Below are positions 26,713 to 29,012 of a DNA stretch of 29,012 nucleotides, in pieces. The notes beneath the pieces are model-generated. The model saw only the letters and a program-made list of their open reading frames with translations, made no database searches and was not told where the DNA came from. The translations under genes and the position numbers were made by a program. Origin of the DNA: Candidatus Zixiibacteriota bacterium (GTDB lineage Bacteria; Zixibacteria; MSB-5A5; GN15; FEB-12); assembly GCA_041742355.1 (NCBI GenBank), contig JBGSIV010000150.1, positions 1-29,012 on the forward strand, in the 5' to 3' direction. Position 1 is the first letter of the stretch; every line of letters begins with the position of its first letter.

Positions 26713-27447
26713 GTGCAGCGTCAACTGCAGCGCCTCAGCTGGCTTCGTATCCGAGACCTCGTCCCGTCGCAGATCGACACGGTCATTCTGCCGGTCGGCA
26801 CGGTCGAGGCCCACGGCTCCGCCTGCCTCGGCACCGATAACTTCATTCCCGAAGACATCGCCCTCGGCATCGCCGATCGCCTCAACGCGCTCGTTGCACC
26901 CATCGTCAACTACGGCATCACCAAATCTCTCCTGCGGTACAATGGCGGCGCCACCATCAAGCCGGAGACCTTCGCTGCGTACGTCCGCGATATCTTCGAC
27001 TCACTGGCCGATACCGGCTTCCGGAATGTTATCCTGATGAACGGCCACGGCGGCAACAACGCCGCCCTCAAGGATATCGCCTACGCGTTCCATGCCGAGC
27101 GGCGCGCCAATATCGCCGTGATCCACTGGTGGCAGCTCTGCGCTGAGATGACCACAGCGTTCTTCCAGCACGCCGGCGGCCACGCCGGAACCGACGAAAA
27201 CGCATACGTGATGGCGCTCGATCCGGATCTCGTCGACCGCGAACGCTACGACCCCGACCTCGCCTATACCCTCAACGCTGGCGCCGATGTCTATCCGGTG
27301 CCGGGATCGATCCTGCTGTACAAACAGGGGGAGGGGTACCCGGAATTCGATACCACGAAGGCGTCGGAGTACCGTGAGAAAGTTATTGCTGCGGTGGGTG
27401 AATTCGCCGAGATGGTCCTCGGGCGCTGGCGAAAATTCGGGCTCTAA
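26713..27447 (+). CDS. Creatininase family amidohydrolase
   Basis: ILPVGTVEAHG...GTD, NGHGGN, HAGTDE; 3 nt after the upstream stop. Confidence 0.9.
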   Translation: MQRQLQRLSWLRIRDLVPSQIDTVILPVGTVEAHGSACLGTDNFIPEDIALGIADRLNALVAPIVNYGITKSLLRYNGGATIKPETFAAYVRDIFDSLADTGFRNVILMNGHGGNNAALKDIAYAFHAERRANIAVIHWWQLCAEMTTAFFQHAGGHAGTDENAYVMALDPDLVDRERYDPDLAYTLNAGADVYPVPGSILLYKQGEGYPEFDTTKASEYREKVIAAVGEFAEMVLGRWRKFGL

Positions 27448-27474
27448 AGAAACGGCCCGGTCGTCACCGGGCCG
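27445..27474 (-). terminator. Terminator between convergent genes
   Basis: 9-bp stem CGGCCCGGT / ACCGGGCCG (27453-27474); on the minus strand followed by TTTCTTT. Confidence 0.7.
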
Positions 27475-27500
27475 CTTCAACCATCAACCGCTATCGGAAC

Positions 27501-28358
27501 TCAAAAACTGTCGATATACGTGATCCGTACCTCGCGCCCAAACGTGTCGTACTCCCGCCGGTTCACCAGCAGATCCTTCAGAATGAACTCCAGCTCGAGC
27601 TGATCGGTGAAGAGCCACTTGATTCCGATACTCAGGTAGCCCCGCCCCTTGCCCGCGAACAACGCCAGCGTCGTGTCGGGCGGCGCACTGCGGTCGTCAT
27701 TGAGCGCGGCATCCCATTCCGCCGTCAGGGCGAGATTGTACTGAAAGGTGGCGTCGAACCCCGCGAAGAAATTCAGGTCGTTCTCGTCATCCACTTCATT
27801 CTCCAGCGAGTAATTCGCGCCGAAATGCCCACCCGCGGTCCAGTTGTAGAAGTAGAAGCCGCGGCTGACCACACCGTAGAAGCCGCGCGATTTGAACGTG
27901 TAGCGCTTGATGTCCTCGTTGTACGGCCCCGTCCCCTGCGAGGCGTAGCCGAGCGTGACGGCCGGAAAATACTCCAGCTCATCGATAATGCGGAACTTCA
28001 GGTTGATCCCGATACCGGAGTTCCATTCGGGCGTGTCGTTCGAAATGATATGCGTGCCGCCAAACGACAGGCCGAGAAGGAACCGGTTCGACAGCCCGAT
28101 ATCGATATACCCGAGCGCCCCACCTTGCGGGCCGAGCCGCACAATGGCCGTCCAATAACCGCGGGGGAGAGTGCCGGCGGTGGGAATATCGATCAGGTTG
28201 CGGGGAGGAATCTCCCAGAAACTGCTCTGGCCGCCGCCCGAAGGACGGGCATTGTCGCGCCGGGGATCGTTGCGCTTCTTCTGCGCTGCTTCGGAGAGCG
28301 GTGCAACGGCCAGCAGAAGCGCTGCTATGGCAAAGAGGATCGTTACAAGTCGTCGCAT
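27501..28358 (-). CDS. YjbH-like outer-membrane beta-barrel protein
   Basis: Signal peptide MRRLVTILFAIAALLLAVAPLSEA; LIDIPTAGTLPRG motif; alternating beta strands; terminal Phe (ITYIDSF); GAGG RBS before ATG 28358. Confidence 0.75.
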   Translation of the reverse strand: MRRLVTILFAIAALLLAVAPLSEAAQKKRNDPRRDNARPSGGGQSSFWEIPPRNLIDIPTAGTLPRGYWTAIVRLGPQGGALGYIDIGLSNRFLLGLSFGGTHIISNDTPEWNSGIGINLKFRIIDELEYFPAVTLGYASQGTGPYNEDIKRYTFKSRGFYGVVSRGFYFYNWTAGGHFGANYSLENEVDDENDLNFFAGFDATFQYNLALTAEWDAALNDDRSAPPDTTLALFAGKGRGYLSIGIKWLFTDQLELEFILKDLLVNRREYDTFGREVRITYIDSF

Positions 28359-28470
28359 GTGATGCCTCAACCGGGTGTAAAGTACACACGTTCGTGAGGC
28401 ACAATAGACGTCGGCGCCAAATCAAATCAACAAAAACATCCGTGCCGCCATGCTCACGCGGCACAGCCGC

Positions 28471-29012
28471 TTACGCCAACCCCACCTTCCGACGGAAATG
28501 CTCCCGAAAATGCCGGCTTACCGGCCCGAGCGGCAGTCTGTGCGTTCCCTCGCTGTTCCGAATCACCCCTATGGGAAGTACCAGTTTGGTCGAACTTGAA
28601 AGGAAAACCTCGTCCGACCTGAGCACTTCCGGCAGCTTGGCATCTTTCTCCCGCAATTCGTACCCGAGCTTCTTCGCCTCGCGGAAAACCACCCGGCGCG
28701 TCGTGCCATCGAGGCACCCCGAAGTCAATGGCGGCGTGTAGATCACCCCGCGTTTTACCCAGAAAATGTTCGCCGACGTCACCTCGGCCACTTGCCCCCG
28801 GTTATTGAGCAGTAACGCATCGTCGTACCCCCGGTCATGCGCCTGCTTGAGCGACGCCGCGTGGATCGTATACGACAACGTTTTGATCCGACGGAACTCC
28901 GAGAGTTCATCCAGGCGAAACGGCGTCACAAGCACCCGGAACGGCTTGTCCGGTATAACATGCTCCCCGGCATTGAGAATGATCTGCGGCTTCCCCTGTG
29001 TCCCAAACCATT
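28471..29012 (-). CDS. PLP-dependent aminotransferase class IV (IlvE/PabC/D-amino-acid transaminase family), 3' part only
   Basis: RIKTLSY, GYDDALLLN, EVTSANIF, GCLDGTTR, DEVFLSSS; the frame stays open to the right edge (WFGTQGKPQIILNAG...). Confidence 0.9.
   Translation of the reverse strand, partial: WFGTQGKPQIILNAGEHVIPDKPFRVLVTPFRLDELSEFRRIKTLSYTIHAASLKQAHDRGYDDALLLNNRGQVAEVTSANIFWVKRGVIYTPPLTSGCLDGTTRRVVFREAKKLGYELREKDAKLPEVLRSDEVFLSSSTKLVLPIGVIRNSEGTHRLPLGPVSRHFREHFRRKVGLA

Overview
GC-rich bacterial chromosomal window. The secreted proteins (cohesin/dockerin plus an NYPNPFNP C-terminal sorting domain) suggest an FCB-related lineage such as candidate division Zixibacteria; this is inference. 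Left to right: (1) a secreted-protein gene running off the left edge and missing from the ORF track; (2) a divergent 2254-aa secreted protein with about 19 Cys-rich Ig/cadherin-like repeats, cohesin-like and dockerin-like domains and a T9SS/FlgD-type C-terminal domain; (3) a tightly packed minus-strand operon dtd-maf-rodZ-like-GT9-like-smc-ftsY-yjbQ-rlmH; (4) a 1400-aa fused double-activase/dehydratase with PlsA-PlsR/Ger (ether-lipid) architecture; (5) a redox and membrane cluster: trxA, an unannotated small single-TM ORF with an in-frame UGA, a rhomboid protease, a pseudo-receiver protein and DsbD; (6) a degenerate DUF2064 protein, a creatininase-family gene, a YjbH-like beta-barrel and a partial class IV aminotransferase. 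Best novel lead: 21445..21663 reads MDWYDIVFLAAFLVIWLVLITRVLPKYGGG-UGA-MAGRCD... with a SECIS-like hairpin downstream, making it a candidate 72-aa membrane selenoprotein (U-x4-C) between thioredoxin and rhomboid. No rRNA, tRNA, CRISPR array or mobile element was recognised.
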